The notes under the pieces were generated by a model, which searched no databases, was not told the origin of the DNA, and saw nothing but the letters and a program-made list of their open reading frames with translations. A stretch of DNA of 62,247 bases, filler included. It is 4 parts of 4 records of this genome, joined end to end, with 100 filler letters (N's around TTAATTAATTAA, not from the genome) between each part and the next. Parts side by side here need not be neighbours in the genome. Positions count along the whole stretch, not along the records: positions 47,965 to 62,247 come from DRR723986_7251; 3 more parts are not named here. One strand, given 5' to 3'. Below are positions 61,843 through 62,247 of the stretch, piece by piece. The translations under genes were made by a program, and so were the position numbers. Each line of letters starts with the position of its first letter. Within the stretch, counting starts at the first letter, position 1.

Positions 61843-62247
61843 TCTTTGCAGCGCCGCTTGTCCACGCTGGTTCAGTATAACTACACGCCAGTAAATCCAC
61901 ACTGCACGTCCGTCCAAGGGCGCTGGTATCTTGCTTGCTTATATACCATATTGTATCTGTGTTAAAATACAGATGTCCAACCACTGTGTAATGCAAAGTC
62001 GTCAGTAGACGTATTCGCCCCCCAAGTTCTGTGCGAGCGGTCATCATCTGAATTGACACAAGGAACGCCAGGCCGGCTCTATGTAGCTGGAATCTGAAAA
62101 TTCACATTTTTGAAGTTGAACAAAATTTGCCTTTCTCAGCCAACCGCTGTTGTACATATCTGTTGTTTACACAAAACTCAGAGTGTTAAGTCGGATTGTG
62201 CTGTAGGGATAGTCTGTACTTGAAAATGGCTGTAATGATGGTGCGAC

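Noticed and set aside
61787-62247. Possible gene at the right end of the window (90-aa minus-strand ORF)
   Set aside because: It overlaps the LytTR gene end and has no motifs, and all three minus frames are closed near the edge. Treated as non-coding.
1-62247. tRNA, rRNA, transposase, integrase, phage or defence genes
   Set aside because: None were recognised by eye. A covariance-model and HMM scan would be needed to exclude small RNAs formally.

Overview
The window is not one locus. It holds four unrelated contigs joined by artificial 100-nt spacers (N-run + TTAATTAATTAA + N-run) at 11465-11564, 25316-25415 and 47865-47964. (1) 1-11464 is AT-rich and Flavobacteriaceae-like: the 5' part of uvrB plus two tandem ~1600-aa T9SS type-B (gliding-motility CTD) repeat proteins. 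(2) 11565-25315 is Planctomycete-like: a truncated giant LEPR-XLL/DUF4347 multidomain adhesin, a secreted EEP-family hydrolase, an ICMT/PEMT-family membrane protein and a Gly/Met-rich protein. (3) 25416-47864 is GC-rich and Rhodobacteraceae-like. It carries an atypical nqrABCDEF-apbE operon whose NqrB lacks the FMN-carrying loop and which shares one FNR-type box with a divergent pentaheme cytochrome c. It also has a 7TM-DISM kinase/NarL-type pair followed by three tiny exported proteins, each preceded by the same 18-bp palindrome, and a catabolic island (Rieske oxygenase, LysR, M29-fold unknown, desaturase-like enzyme + ferredoxin, soxBDAG-like oxidase, XRE-cupin regulator, amino-acid ABC transporter). 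(4) 47965-62247 has intermediate GC and is FCB/Bacteroidota-like: a beta-helix repeat protein, two T9SS type-A cargo proteins, a GNAT and a LytS/LytTR pair. The best candidate for an undescribed system is the remodelled, apparently anaerobically induced Nqr-like complex plus multiheme cytochrome. Taxonomic and family calls come from motif recognition only; no searches were run.
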